Shown: positions 1 to 12,467 of the stretch, piece after piece
Numbering within the stretch: position 1 is the stretch's first letter
Layout of the letters: every line of letters starts with the position of its first letter
Source of the DNA: Gonapodya sp. JEL0774
Taxonomy: Eukaryota
Assembly: GCA_027604505.1 (NCBI GenBank)
Contig: JADIIX010000185.1
Span: 1-35,481, forward strand
Reading direction: 5' to 3'
Length of the DNA stretch: 35,481 bases
Position numbers and translations under genes: made by a program
Notes under the pieces: model-generated
The model's input: the letters and a program-made list of their open reading frames with translations, nothing else
Databases searched by the model: none
What the model was told of the DNA's origin: nothing

Positions 1-1403
1 ACACATCGCTCGCTGCGGTGAAAGCTACCCCTTCGAAGTTGTTCTCAAAGTCGGTGATAAGGTCGTCAAGCAGGAGGGTCGGGTTACCAGGATAATCGGT
101 CACGATTCCTTGGTAGTAGTTCGTCACTGGGGAGCCAGTCTTGTCTCTGCGGTGGTTTTTGAATTTATCACTACAAAGTTCGACTCTGGGAGATCACTGG
201 TCTTTGCAACTTACCTCATAAATGTGTCATAGATGTACGGAGGTGCCCAATGTGCCCATAAGCCACTTGCATACAAGTAAAACGCTGGGGTTAAGTACCC
301 CTGTCCAACTGCATGTGCATTGACAACACTGGTTAGTCGAAGCAAGGGCGAGAGACCGAAAGAGAGGGGAAACCGAGGAGGGACTGCGATTCGCACCGTA
401 AAACCACTCGTTCCATCCTGAGAGGAAACCTAATCCATGCAGGAACTCATGTGTCGCTACAGTCTCAAAATCAAACTGACTTGATCCCATCGCCCCATCA
501 CCCTGAAACCACCAAGACATGTCGGCATTGAACAGAGCTCGGATGTCGAACTCAGTTGATTGCGCTATTGGTGGAGGTCCCAACCCAGCCGGAGCGGTGT
601 TCTCGGCGGATCCAAAAGCGGTACCCCCATTCTTGTACAGTGCCTATTGATGACGTGAATATAATTGGTTGCTTTATTACAAGGGAGGTAACTAGACTCA
701 AGCAATTGCGCTCACCTGGGGAATGAGCACTTCGGTGCCGCCCCACATCACCGAGACTTGTGACGCAGGAGCTGCTTGACCCAGTATGTTTGAGTTGCAG
801 CTAGAGAAGGTGGAGCAATAAGAGGTGAACGTTGCAGTGACGTAAACTGTGGGGACGTTGATTGTGATGATGACTTTGTGGAAAGACGCAGATGCGTTGA
901 ACAAACTCACTGGGCGAGGTGATACCAATTACTGCCGAAATGCGTGCGCCTGCATTGTGAAAGGCGGTGTCCACTTTTCCACAAAGGGCCACGTCTGCCA
1001 CGGTGCAGGTGAGTGAGATTACAAACATGGACGGAGACTGCCGTTTTCTCCGTCTGTGTTGGAAATTAGATGTATCCGGGCTCCAAAAGTTTGGCTGATT
1101 TGCTGTAGCGGGCATCAGGTCGGAGATGTTCACAAACGGAGATTGTGGTCCGTGTGTTCCAGCCAGTTCGTCGCACACAGGATAAAACTTCGGCGGCTCG
1201 TTTGGTCGCAAAGGATACGCGCGGTAGCTGGTTACTGTACACGTTGCATTTCTCCCGTAAGTTGTTATCTGATGCGATGGTCGGTACGTGATAGGGGAGA
1301 CCTTGACTGCAGAACTGTTGAGAGCATCCACTCCTTGCGAGAGCCAAGCCGCAACTACGATTGCTGCAGCAAGCGCATGGACGCGATTAGATCGCCACGA
1401 CAT
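1..1403 (-). CDS. Secreted zinc metalloprotease-like protein, paralog 1 (multi-exon, runs off the left edge)
   Basis: Signal-like N-terminus MSWRSNRVHALAAAIVVAAWLSQGVDA (ATG 1403). Prodomain CTVTSY..PKFYPVCDE and basic site RRRKRQ. Then ILGQAAPA and DFETVATHEFLHGLGFLSGW (HEXXH at about 437-451). GT-AG introns lie at positions matching paralogs 2 and 3. Confidence 0.85.
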
Positions 1404-1852
1404 TCCGGTTTGGAATCGTCGTCCTGCCCCGGTGCGAGACCCCGAATTTTCTGTATGTCTCGGGGAATGTTTGAGCCCCAGGCTAGGGAGCCTCAACCAA
1501 ATCGGGATAACAGTACCAAAAGAGAGCACAATTGCTAATCGGTGAAACACTTAAATTCCAGAGCGGGTCTAAAAGGTGACAAACGCCCCACTCTAAAGTT
1601 TTTATTCAAAGTCTGGCTGAGGGTTCGTCGTATGCACAAATATTGTATTCAGCTGAAAGAAGAACGAACGAGTTGAGGCAGTTCGTTTTCTAAACAAACA
1701 AAAAGATACATCGGAAAAACTTTCTTAGGCAATTTTTCTTTACTCTCAAAAATGCAGACGTTGTTGAAAAAGGTGCACTTCTTGTTGTCGGAAAGATCGT
1801 CGTCCTGGACCTCGGAATGATAACTTAATTACTCACAGGGAACACCCACTCA

Positions 1853-2135
1853 CGTCCTTGTATCTTTAGCTGATGCTGCTGAAGCAGTAGTGTGCGGCAA
1901 TGTCGCTGATGATGTGCTAATAGGAGCTGTCGCGCTTGATGTAATGCGTGGCGCTCTACTGGGGTTGTAAGATTTCAACTGCGAGTAGGTGAGGTCCAAA
2001 TGGACCGTACTTGTAGTTACCAGTCGCCACAATCTTGTTGCTCAAGGTCCCTTGCGCCGGAATAGTTCCGCCCGGAAGAAAATCCGGGGTGTTATCATAC
2101 TCTTGTCCTCGAAATTGTCACCTAGGAGATATCAC
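1853..2135 (-). pseudogene. Decayed fourth copy of the metalloprotease family (C-terminal part of the catalytic domain plus Ser/Thr linker)
   Basis: About 2100-1975 translates YDNTPDFLPGGTIPAQGTLSNKIVATGNYKYGPFGPHLLA, which aligns with paralog 3 LENTPDFLMISFARAGSTLDSKVMAAGSYAYGAMGPHLLG. It is bounded by stops and frameshifts and followed by a T/S/A-rich stretch ending AC|gtgagt. No intact HEXXH was found upstream; faint traces may extend to about 2620. Confidence 0.7.
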
Positions 2136-2892
2136 TGGCAGACAGCGTCAACATAATGTGAAGAAATACATGACAACAGTGAATAAAACTGTATCCCTCT
2201 CCTCCAGCTCACCTGACAGACACCGACAATCCAACGTTGAGAAGTCTGTCAGGCAGCCCGTACGGCTAATCCAGATCTAACGGGTCCCAAGGGCACTCCA
2301 TGGTACCGCCAGTATGCCCATGGGGGTGTTAGCGAAGGGCTGAGAGCAGGAAGGGAAGTTGCTGATATATATTTTGTAGTGGGGAGTGATACTGATACAA
2401 GTTGGGCCCAAGACAACAAGTATTCGATGGATTATCCAATAGCCGTTCGAGCTGAATAGATCTTTCATGGATTCATCTGCAGTATTTATACTCAACCTTA
2501 ATCCACCTCAAAATAGCACGGCAGGGAAGGTGAGCCACCTCTCTAGCTCACGGTTGGCGTTGCATGGTGTTATCAGTACCGGTGAGACTGTTGGGTGAAG
2601 GGAACAAGACGTAAACTGGTTCTGGAATAATAAAATAAAGTCCGAATGCATCACACAAAAGTGCGACTTCCAGAACTAATCCAACAGAGATGCCATTACC
2701 GACACAGCGATGAAAATTGAAAATTCAGATCCCCCATGTGTGTATTGTCGTCTGTCAGGCTGGAACTGAAAGTTTGATAGAGAGTGCAGGTGGGTACAGT
2801 CTATAAGGATGACTTATGTACTAAGTAGGGCCTTCAGGGGACTTCAACTTATTGTTTTCCGAAACTTGATTGTGGGCAAACGTCACCACCGC

Positions 2893-3523
2893 TTAGCCCA
2901 TACAAATCTTTGCAAACCCTTGAGTAATCTCGTGATGCCAGCGATACCCGAACTTTCGATTGTAAGGCGGCATTAGCTCCAGCGTCCCTGTCTCCACATA
3001 CAGCACCTCGATCGTTTGCTGTTTTCCATTTTGGGTCACTTTGATTGTGAACTTCACACAAAGGATCAAGAGGCTTCGTGCGAAAAACGCACTTCTTGTG
3101 AGTTTCCCGGTGACAGAGTTGATGAAACAACCGGACGCCGCATTGTTGTACCAGGACGGAGTGCAACCTGGGTTTGTGTACCGAACATACTCCAATGAAG
3201 GGGTTATTTCACTGGAAGCCGTGGGGGCAAGAGTTAAACATCCACAGACGGGCCAAACAGCATGAATGGAGTACAGCATACAGGTTATTGAGATAGTACT
3301 GAATGTTGATCCTCACTTCATTTGGGCATGCTTTGAGCCAAACCGCACTTTGCAAAAGGAGATTAGTTCAATCAGCCGAGGAGGGCACAGGAGTGATGCC
3401 GACAAAGGCGACACATGCGAGCAGAACCAAGAGCGGCCAGGTTGAAGAAGAGTGGTTGCGGCGCATTGCTGTTGCACTGGTATGTGCGGGAAGACAAAGT
3501 TGTTGGAGTACAAGGTGGGAGCC
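2893..3523 (-). CDS. Probable small multi-exon hypothetical protein
   Basis: An intron gtatgc...ttccag (about 3281-3212) joins AVWLKACPNEVRINIQYYLNNL in frame to EITPSLEYVRYTNPGCTPSWYNNAASGCFINSVTGK. The start and the last exon are ambiguous and no family was recognised. Confidence 0.4.
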
Positions 3524-4063
3524 ATTTCTGGGTTGAACCCTACGCACATTTGCCGTGGAGCGCACTTTGTGGATTGGAGCAATGGGCAAGTTGTCCGGTT
3601 TCGTGAGCGCAAACGATGCTCAGATATGCTTGAATGAAAAATATACGCTGCTTCGGGTGATCAGATCTGTCCTAATATATTGTTGCAGAGATCAGTTGAA
3701 ATCATGACATGTTCATGATATGAACGGCTACTAAATTTGGTCATGCAAAATGTACATATACCATATTCTAGTAGCGAAACCTACAATCCATCTGTGAGTG
3801 AGCGGGGTAGACAAATGCGTGTGCTCCTTCATCCACAACAGCACGTGTCGCCATTTGACGTCCTTGGCCTCGACACCACGTCTTGGGATTGGTGATTCTC
3901 ACTCGATGGCGTTACTGGAGGATCCTCGGAGACGATAACGGATATACCATCGCACCTGACTTAATTGTTTTATGTGTTTTCATATATTTGATGTGCCCCC
4001 GCACCATTCAGGAAGTCGCGGTCCTTTGGGACATGTCGCCTCAGTAATGACCCCAACTAACAT

Positions 4064-5399
4064 TCAAATCTTCCCTGCCCCATCTTCAACTTCTGTTCTA
4101 CCGCCAACAACATTCCCAACTTCGACAACTTGCTCAGTACCAGGGTATTCAGGCAGATTCAATTCGAGACGGTGGGCCATTGCGCTGATGGGCAAATTAC
4201 ACTGACTGTAAGCTCACAGATGCTCCTTTTTGGTTCCCACGAAATCTTACCCGGGAACAAATCGCCCACCCAACCAATGTTTTGAGCCTTTAAAATGTTG
4301 AGCACAGAGTTTGGGGGCGGTGAGAGAAATGAGAACCGATGGGTTTGAAATGTGAAGAGAAGAAGGTGTAGGGCCTATGATCCCGTAATTTAATGCATGA
4401 AGACGAAGACGCAAGCTGACGTGCAGGTACCCAGTTCAACGTCCCATCCCGAAGGGATGTCTATTGACACAATGGGAGTGCCTTGCGACGATGCGGCTAA
4501 GTTCAAAAGCTGTTGAGAAAAGCAACTTCGTTCTAGGTCGCGGTTAACATAATCGTATCTCACAAGTACAAACCTTTATTACGTCGTCCCACGGTGATCT
4601 CACACCGTCCGCGCCTTTGAACGAGAACCCGAATATTCCATCAAGAACCACATCCGTGGCATGATGAAGCGTGCCCGAAAAATCCTCCAGGGTGGAGATG
4701 AAGGGTAGATTCAAGTTAACAAGCTGCGTGGCGAGTCCCTACTTGGGTATGTTAGAGGTGGATTGGGCAAGGCGCATTGTGCGGTCCCAGGTAATCGAGC
4801 CCACCGTGAACAGTGCCGATTTTGCCGGCTTGGGGTAGTACACCACAGGCTTGTAACCAAAGTGCCAGAGATGGCGAGCTGCGACCAACGCGTCCCCACC
4901 ATTATTGCCTGAGAAACCACTTGCCGCGTTGGCAGAGTGAAAAAAGATCCGAGACGAAGTCGACGAGACTCACCGGGTCCAGCACACACCAGAACTCGTG
5001 AAAACTGAGCACTTGAGTATGATTTTGCTAGCGCCTGTGCGCATGACAGGCCCGCTTCGAAGTAGACAGGCACAACACAGAGACAGGGAGAACCCAATAC
5101 GATTCGGGAGTCCCAGAAATGGGCGCGATATAGTTTCAATGAGTGACAAAAATTAATTAGTGGTCTTGAATTCGCTGGATTGAATGGATCGCGGTTGCCC
5201 AACCAAGTTCCATCAACTGATCAATGGAGAAGCCACCCAATCGCGGATCCATGAGTTCCACATCAATAGCTTTCGCGAGATCCTGGCCAAGAAGCTGTTT
5301 CGTAGAACGTCATCGGATGATGGGCGACACGAAGACGAAAAAACCATCACGCAATCCACTGAAGAAGCAACGACAGACATCACTCACTCTGAGTGCCAT
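4064..5399 (-). CDS. NAXE: NAD(P)H-hydrate epimerase (YjeF_N family), 8 exons
   Basis: Spliced product [121 protein letters not shown] contains the hallmark motifs, with canonical splice sites. Confidence 0.96.
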
Positions 5400-5829
5400 T
5401 GGCTAGTGGGATGCCTCTACGATGGAATGTTCCTGCAGGTTTGAAAGGTGCAGAATAGATTCACGTCATATTACGGTATGTCTACGGACCGAAGTGATAG
5501 AACTGCCCTTGGGCGAACCTATGAGTACGCACATTCTTCAGTATTTAAACATTTGCGATTCACTTGTGTTGAATTTTAATGTCTGTGTATCAAGACTCCC
5601 ACATGCATTAGCTGTCTCTTACTTCGTGAAAGTGAGGCCAGAATCATTTGGAGACACTTCGGCAGACTAGCATTATATCTGTGAAAGCTACACAGCACAA
5701 TGAGAAACGGCGTGAGATTCATCCCAAATATCCCAAATCGGGAATAATTTGTTTGTCCCTGTTCGTATCCCAACACAGCCGGTACCTCTCAGTTGACCAT
5801 CCAAATCAGGACATTGGGATCATTCTTTC

Positions 5830-8793
5830 ATGGTTCTTTCACGCTGGCTGGTGATTCTTGTGATCGCTGCCTTGCACTCCTTTGCTGCGGGCGATGAATC
5901 TGCGAAATGGCCATCGACAAAAAGCTGGTCGAAATCAGCACGATCCGTCGAGCGGAGAACCCCTCGCGACAACCGGCCATGCACCGTCAGCCAGTACAAA
6001 TCATTCCCACTCATTCCTGGAAAACCCATTCGATTCTTTCCTGTCTGCGACGAGGATGGTGAAGACGAACCGAACGAGTTTGAGGTGGACGAGATTGAAT
6101 CAGAACCCCGAACGAAAACAGTACCCAAGGGAACCAGAAAAACTCCAAGATCTCTTCCTACACATTTTGAAAAGCGACAGAGTGCGCCGTTTCTAATTTC
6201 GTTGTCTTGTGGATTGCAAGATGGACTGTTATGCTCTAAGGCTCAGGTCGGTTTTGTTAATGCTGGAATGCGGATTTCTCTCGCCATTAGCATCAACACA
6301 CAAAGTGAGTGGACATAATTTGTCTAATATAGTGAATGGTGAATGGCAACTGTTGAGTCTGTATCTTGATAGTTCGAGTAAATGCGCAATTCGTCCCCTT
6401 CTGTAAGGTTTACGGTCTTTGCAACACCAACATCCTGGGTGTCGGAGCCCCTGCTTCGCAGTGGGCAGTTGACACGGGAGACGGCATTTACTTAATTCCA
6501 CAATCACTTCTTTTAAACATGGGACTTGGTGGATCTGTTCCGACCAATTCATTCGACATCAATATGGTCTTCAACTCGGAATACACTTGGTGGTTCCAGG
6601 GCGATCCACCCATTGGCCCATCACAGGAGGATTTTGAGCAAGTAGCTACTCATGAACTTATCCACGGAATGGGCTTCATCACCGGGTGGCGGCAGTGGTT
6701 TACAGGTGGCTCTGCGAAAACTTTATGATGTGTTTCCGCCCGACCAAACAAGTCTTCCATTTGCTGTTCAGATACGCAAACCTACTTGACTCCAACTTAC
6801 TACTCGTGGAGCGATGGAACTTTCGCTTTTTGGGGCAATCAGTACATATTCGATGGGTTCTTATAGTAGGTTTTTGTCGGTTTCACTCGATGAACACGTT
6901 CTTAATCGCTTCTTCTGCGATCTTGTCTCTCAGTGAAGCGGCGACAGATCTCCCTCTCTCATCAAACTACGACCGTATCCTGAATGGTTTCACGTACAAC
7001 TCTTCTATCCCTGTTGCGAGCTTCGGCAATACTTTCGAGAGCAGTGGTGGTGACGCCATCGCTTCAGCGCGAAGTGTTTACGGAATGGCGAGCTCTGGTA
7101 ACAGGCGCCTTTACTTTCAACCAAAACAGAACCCCGTGGCCAATGATCCGATCTATCTATGGTCAGCAAGGTACGCAATGCCGCTCAACCTCCAAGACTA
7201 CCTTTCAACTCTCTATGATCACCATCATTTTAGCTGGTACTCAGGTGGATCCGCTATTTCTCATTTCGACGACGGATATGAATATACTCCCGATCTCCTT
7301 ATGATTTCGTATTCTCGCATGGGAGCGACACTGGACCAGAAGGTAGCAGGAGCGGGAGGGTTTGGTTATGGTGCCATTGGACCTCACGTTCTGTCTGGTG
7401 AGCTGGAAAGGCGAACAATACACACTCATATCGCAAGAGTTCACATTTGCTGTTGCTTCCAGTTTTAAATTCCATCGGATGGAACATCAACGCATTAGCT
7501 TCCCCTCTTGAAACAGCTACATCCACCTCCTCCGTTCAAGTCGACACCACGACACAAACCGCCACCACCACAAACACAGTCACAACTTCAATAACATCGA
7601 CAATACCGATCACCTCAACTTCTGTCACAACGTCCACAAAGTCGACAACATCGATCACCTCTTCCACAACCCGAACGACCAGTCGCACGACCACAACCAC
7701 GACGACGAGTCTTTCTACAACCACAATTGCAAGGACCACCACGTAAGTTGCCGGCACTGATTCCGGTCGGAAGGCCTTGTCAAACTCAGTAAATGGCGGT
7801 CAAATAATAGGTTGTTGAGTCCATGCAATGGTGGACTAACTTCCTGTGTCGATGGGTCCAGCTTTCCTGCCTCCATTTCACAAGGCGCTCAGATATTTGT
7901 CTTCCCCGTGCGGTTGTGGACGGCATCACCGATGGACGTGTTTGTGGAGCTTCACGAAGTAAGCTATTACTGCCCTGTTTCGGCCAAACCGTTGGCTGGA
8001 ACTTTTGCGTCTTCAGTCCACTTCTGGTGCTCTGGTATCAAACTACGCCTATAACCCAGCCTCTGGAGCATCGAGCTCAGGCTGGGCAGCGTACAACTTT
8101 ACGGTCACTCCCACTGTATCACTTACCAATAGTGCATATAACTGGTTTACGTGGATGACACCGCCTGGTGCGGGCTGGTCTGGCAATGTATTTACTCAAG
8201 TCGTCCGCGTCACAATTCATGCTCCCGTTACTTCCACTATCACCACGAGCTCTATTGGCGCAATTAGGTAAGCGCAACTTGTGTTGAGTTATCTCTCGTT
8301 CGTTCATTCCTCTGATCAGTCTCACATCTTCTGATAAACCGTCTAGAACAAGGTGGGTTACCGCAGAAACTTTGTGAGTATCCTGATTGTTTCCCGTAAA
8401 CTAATCATGTTTGGCTGGCACAACTTCGTGTTATGTGCTTGATAATAGTAGGTGAGCCCACAGCTGTAATGATAGTATTGTCTTGGAGACTGAGCGTTGA
8501 CTATTTCCGCAGTACTTCCACCAAATCCCGCACTGCAACGTGAGGCCGCGGCCGTTTTCTCGTTTTATCGCTTGTAACGACTGACCTCATATCCTCCTAC
8601 TCTACCAATGCGGAAGCGCTCCTGCCGCACCCAAGACGACGTGAGCAGACACATTGTTTCTTTCTACCCCAATGATCACAAATCCCTGACTCTTCACTGC
8701 CCCAGTACCACGAAGCTCCCTAAGGGAGCAAGATGCACGTCTTCTTCCATGTGCCAGAGCGGACAGTGTTCTTCACGTGGAACCTGCCTCTGA
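5830..8793 (+). CDS. Secreted zinc metalloprotease-like protein, paralog 2, with Thr-rich linker, beta-sandwich domain and C-terminal 4-Cys module
   Basis: Signal MVLSRWLVILVIAALHSFAAG, CTVSQY..RFFPVCDE, EKRQ, DFEQVATHELIHGMGFITGW (HEXXH 6651-6665), YSGGSAISHFDD..PDLLM. Thr-rich region about 7510-7742; ends LPKGARCTSSSMCQSGQCSSRGTCL*. Confidence 0.88.
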
Positions 8794-9284
8794 AGGGGCG
8801 TTTCCTGTCACGACACAATCTCGAAGTTGGGATCTGACTTTTAAATTGCCCCCGGCGAGAATCTGAGACAGGTATTAAGGTTGTGCCGGATTTGGATGCA
8901 ACAGGGATCAAAAATGAACACACCCACGACTTTGGACTTGGCAACTTGCATGGAAATGAATATCCAATGTACTTTACGGACTTTACCTTTTGAAAGCTAT
9001 ATGCCTTTCTATGTAGACAATTAGCATCAAGGAGATCTAATTATTCACACGGATTGCCCTGTAGTGGATACAGAACGGTTAGTGTGCCCACAGCACCTGA
9101 CCTCAACGTGGAATCGTCAGAAAGCCGTCCTCTGCTTTGAACAAATCCGTCGTGCATGACAGATTTCCGTTGAATGTTCGATCTTCTGACCGGATCCATC
9201 TGAATTTCATTGGCGATTGGTCGGCACGAGACCTGTGCAACAATTACATCTTTTGCTGTCAACGTGGGGCACGAGCGTAAATTG

Positions 9285-12092
9285 ATGGAAGAAACACCGG
9301 TGACGCCCAGCTCGGCAGAGAGCCCCGTGGCATCTGTGGACGGGCCGGGTGGTTTTGGTGTTCCCTTGTGGGGTCCCGGAGAGGGCCTGGATATTCTTCA
9401 ACGCGGCATGAATGAGCACACCCTTAACGCTGAAGAAGTTGTAGACGTGCTTGGTGGACTAGAGAGTGGAGGCCCTGGCGACTCTGGGCGGGTTGTAGCT
9501 GAAGCGGGGCCTCCAACCCTGAACGATACTGAAATCGACCTTGGACCAGCATCAGCGCCAATAACGCCGGATGTTCCCTCACCTTCTCCACCACATCTCG
9601 GTCACACAACCGCGAACTCTGCGGCATCACCTTCAACATTAATTGCCCCTCTCGCACCGCAGCCCACAATCGCCGTAGTCCCCCCACCTTCCACCGGAAA
9701 GCCACAGTCTTCTTCCTCAATTGACCTGCTCTCTTTCAACTCTCCCGCATCTACAGCCCCAACGCTCCATCTCCATCCAGCACTCGCAGCTGCTCCCACA
9801 GATCCTTTAACTCAATCCTCTGCATCCCTTATTGACATGTCAACACCTGTTGTCGCAGGCCTTCCCGCCGTTAATTTACCTGCAACGGCACAGTCGCCTG
9901 GTGTACAGCAACTCGATCGGTCGTCGCCACCACTCGGACTCCATCGACCTGCACAGGCAACCACGATTTTCGATCCATTAACTGGGATTGCTGAATCGAC
10001 GGTGAGTAGCGTCTGTGGAAGTATGAATGCAGGAGATAAACCAGTGTGGTTACCATCAGTGAATGTAAATACAGCACGACGCATGTGTTGGTAGAGGAAC
10101 TTATCCGACATGTTCACATTTCAGAGCGCGTGATCGTGCTCCATGCGCGACATTCTGGATGCTTTATCTCTACATGTCTCGTGAACAGCGACGGCGGTTC
10201 ATTTGTCCCGCCGGTTGACAATTTCATTTCTTCCCTTCGACCTCACTCAGAAACCCCTACCTCCCCCGCCCTCGACAACCCCCTTACCACCCACCAACCC
10301 ACCCCTTTCACTTCACCAATCCTCGTTCCTCCCCACTCGCGCCGACCTGCAGCTCGCCCCACAGCCTGTTCCAAGTCCAGCTCTCAGCGATGCGAGTTCC
10401 TCCTCCAACTCCAACAGTCTGCCGGGCCCCACGCCATCTATTGCCCCCCGCCCTACAATACCCCCTCGCGCCGAATCTCTTAGTTACCCCGTGAACTCGA
10501 ATCCCCTGTCTGCACAATCCTCCACATCGCTACCGGATTCACTTTCGAGTCGTGCGAACGTGCCACCGACGAAACCTGCCGCTAAGACCGAAAGTGGTGT
10601 CGTTATGGTCGGGTGGGTGGATCCGGGAGTGATGGGTGAGGTACAGAGTGAGTATCCTTGAGCGCCATTCTTCTTGATGATGGTATAAGGGAGGGGTGAG
10701 AGGGGAGGTATTGTGGGCATCTAGATGGCTTTCAAAACAACCTGACATTAGCATGCCATGGACCTGGTAAAGTGGTGGAAAGATGATATCAGTAATTTTT
10801 AGGGCTCGTCCTACACTCTGTGTAACAGTTCCAAACCCTCTTTTGTTCCCTCCAACGCCAGACTCAGACCCCCTCCAATCTCTAATCGCCTCTCTGACAC
10901 ACCAGCCTGCTACACGTCGCCCTCCACCGTCCACCAACCCCCCAAACATCAACACTCTCGCCCAACTCCTGAGCAAACGCTACTTCCACGCCGCTGTCAA
11001 CCTCACCCGCCAGCTTATCACCACTTCGGATCCCTCCGATCTTCCAACCCTCACCACACTCTGGCTCGCGCGCATTACCGCACTCCATCGGCTTTCTCAC
11101 TTCCCCACAGCCAAAGCAGAGCTTTCTGCTCTTGATCTCGACGGTCCCACCTTGCGTATCGAGAACCGTCCTACTGGCATAATGCGTCGCGTTGGGGACG
11201 CATTGGATGCGCCAAGAGCAGACTCGAGGGGCAGTGTTGCGCCATGGGAGCTGAGGGTGGCGAAGTGGAGGTGTGAGGGGGAAGTTGTGGGGAAAGAGGT
11301 GTGTGTGAATGGAGTTTGGGCAATGGCCAGGGAGGCAGCAGCCGAGGCGAGGCGTTGGAATGAGGAAATGGCGAAGGCGGCGCGAGGTGAACCGGCTTCA
11401 GACCCTGACCCTGACGCTTGCGCTGCATACGCAAGAATTTGGAAAGGAAGGGAGCAGGAGTGCCGGCTGGTTGCCGCAACGGCGCTTGCGGAATTGGGTG
11501 ACTGTGACGCTGCGGGGGAGGTGGTGGGGTCCATTGCGAGAGAGCACGTGGAGGATGTAGGGGTAGCCCTAGCCGTTGGACGCTTGCTGCTTATGTGTGG
11601 GGACGTCTCTGGTGCCGGCAAGATCTTTCACATGGCTGTGGGGACGGCAGGCGGTGATCCTGCGATCCGTGAAACTTGTGATGCAATGCTAGCGATTGCA
11701 CGAGGAGACTTTTCTGCCGCCTTGGACCACTTTGCTGCCCGATGTGCCTTACCCGAGCATCCATGTGCAACAATTGCATCCGCTCGGAACAACGGGGCTG
11801 TGTGTGCACTATACGGTGGTGATCTGCGAGGAGCCACAGAGGCAGCTGAATCGCTGGTGGAGGAAGACGACGGAGCGGCTGGGTGTGAGGCCGTAGCATT
11901 TAATCTGGCGACTATGTATGAGTTGTGTGAGGGAGGAGTTGAGAGAAAAGGAGGTGTGGTGGTGAACAGGATTGGGAGCACTGCCGGAGGTGAGTTTGAA
12001 AGTTATTGTTGACTCAAAACATCCTACATGAGTACTCAACGTTTCTTTTATCAGATGACTTTCAGATCGACTGTCTCAAGTACCCTCTTTGA
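9285..12092 (+). CDS. TRAPPC12: Trafficking protein particle complex subunit 12-like TPR protein with a long Pro/Ser-rich N-terminus
   Basis: LWLARITALHRL..AELSAL, PWELRV, NNGAVCALYGGDL, EAVAFNLATMYEL and the terminal exon DDFQIDCLK match TRAPPC12/TTC15 motifs as recalled. The N-terminal exon structure is less certain. Confidence 0.85.
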
Positions 12093-12467
12093 TAGAGCAG
12101 TGGTTTGAGCGAACAATAGGGAGCAATCACTGTGCAACTTGTTAGGATGATAACATTACAGCGCCGGAGTTCCCATTGAGGCCAGTCCTTTTCAAGTCGT
12201 ACTAGCAGTCCAATATATTTGTTTCACGAAATGCAAAGCTATGTTTTACGTCAGAATATAGGCAAAATGTAAGCAGATACGATTCACTTCTCCAAAGTCC
12301 TTCAAAAGCATATAATGATTTAGTGTCAAATAAATTCGAATCATCCAAAAAATCCCAAATCCTTTGTGCAACTCATGCTGTTTGTACGTAGTCGATATGA
12401 AATCCGCAACAATTGACAATCTTGCGTGTCGTGGAAGTCTCCTATTCGAATAGAATTTGAAGGTATG

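Noticed and set aside
3701..3719. Near-palindrome atcatgacatgttcatgat
   Set aside because: The 7-bp arms are short enough to occur by chance in 35 kb.
5184..5444. Plus-strand ORF with a HEFH-like string
   Set aside because: Antisense to NAXE exons 1-2.
7536..7757. Val-rich hydrophobic minus-strand ORF
   Set aside because: Antisense of the Thr-rich linker codons of paralog 2.
10752..10766. Possible 15-nt microexon in TRAPPC12 (ttag|catgccatggacctg|gtaaag)
   Set aside because: Frame-neutral, with no recognisable conserved residues to confirm it; left unresolved.
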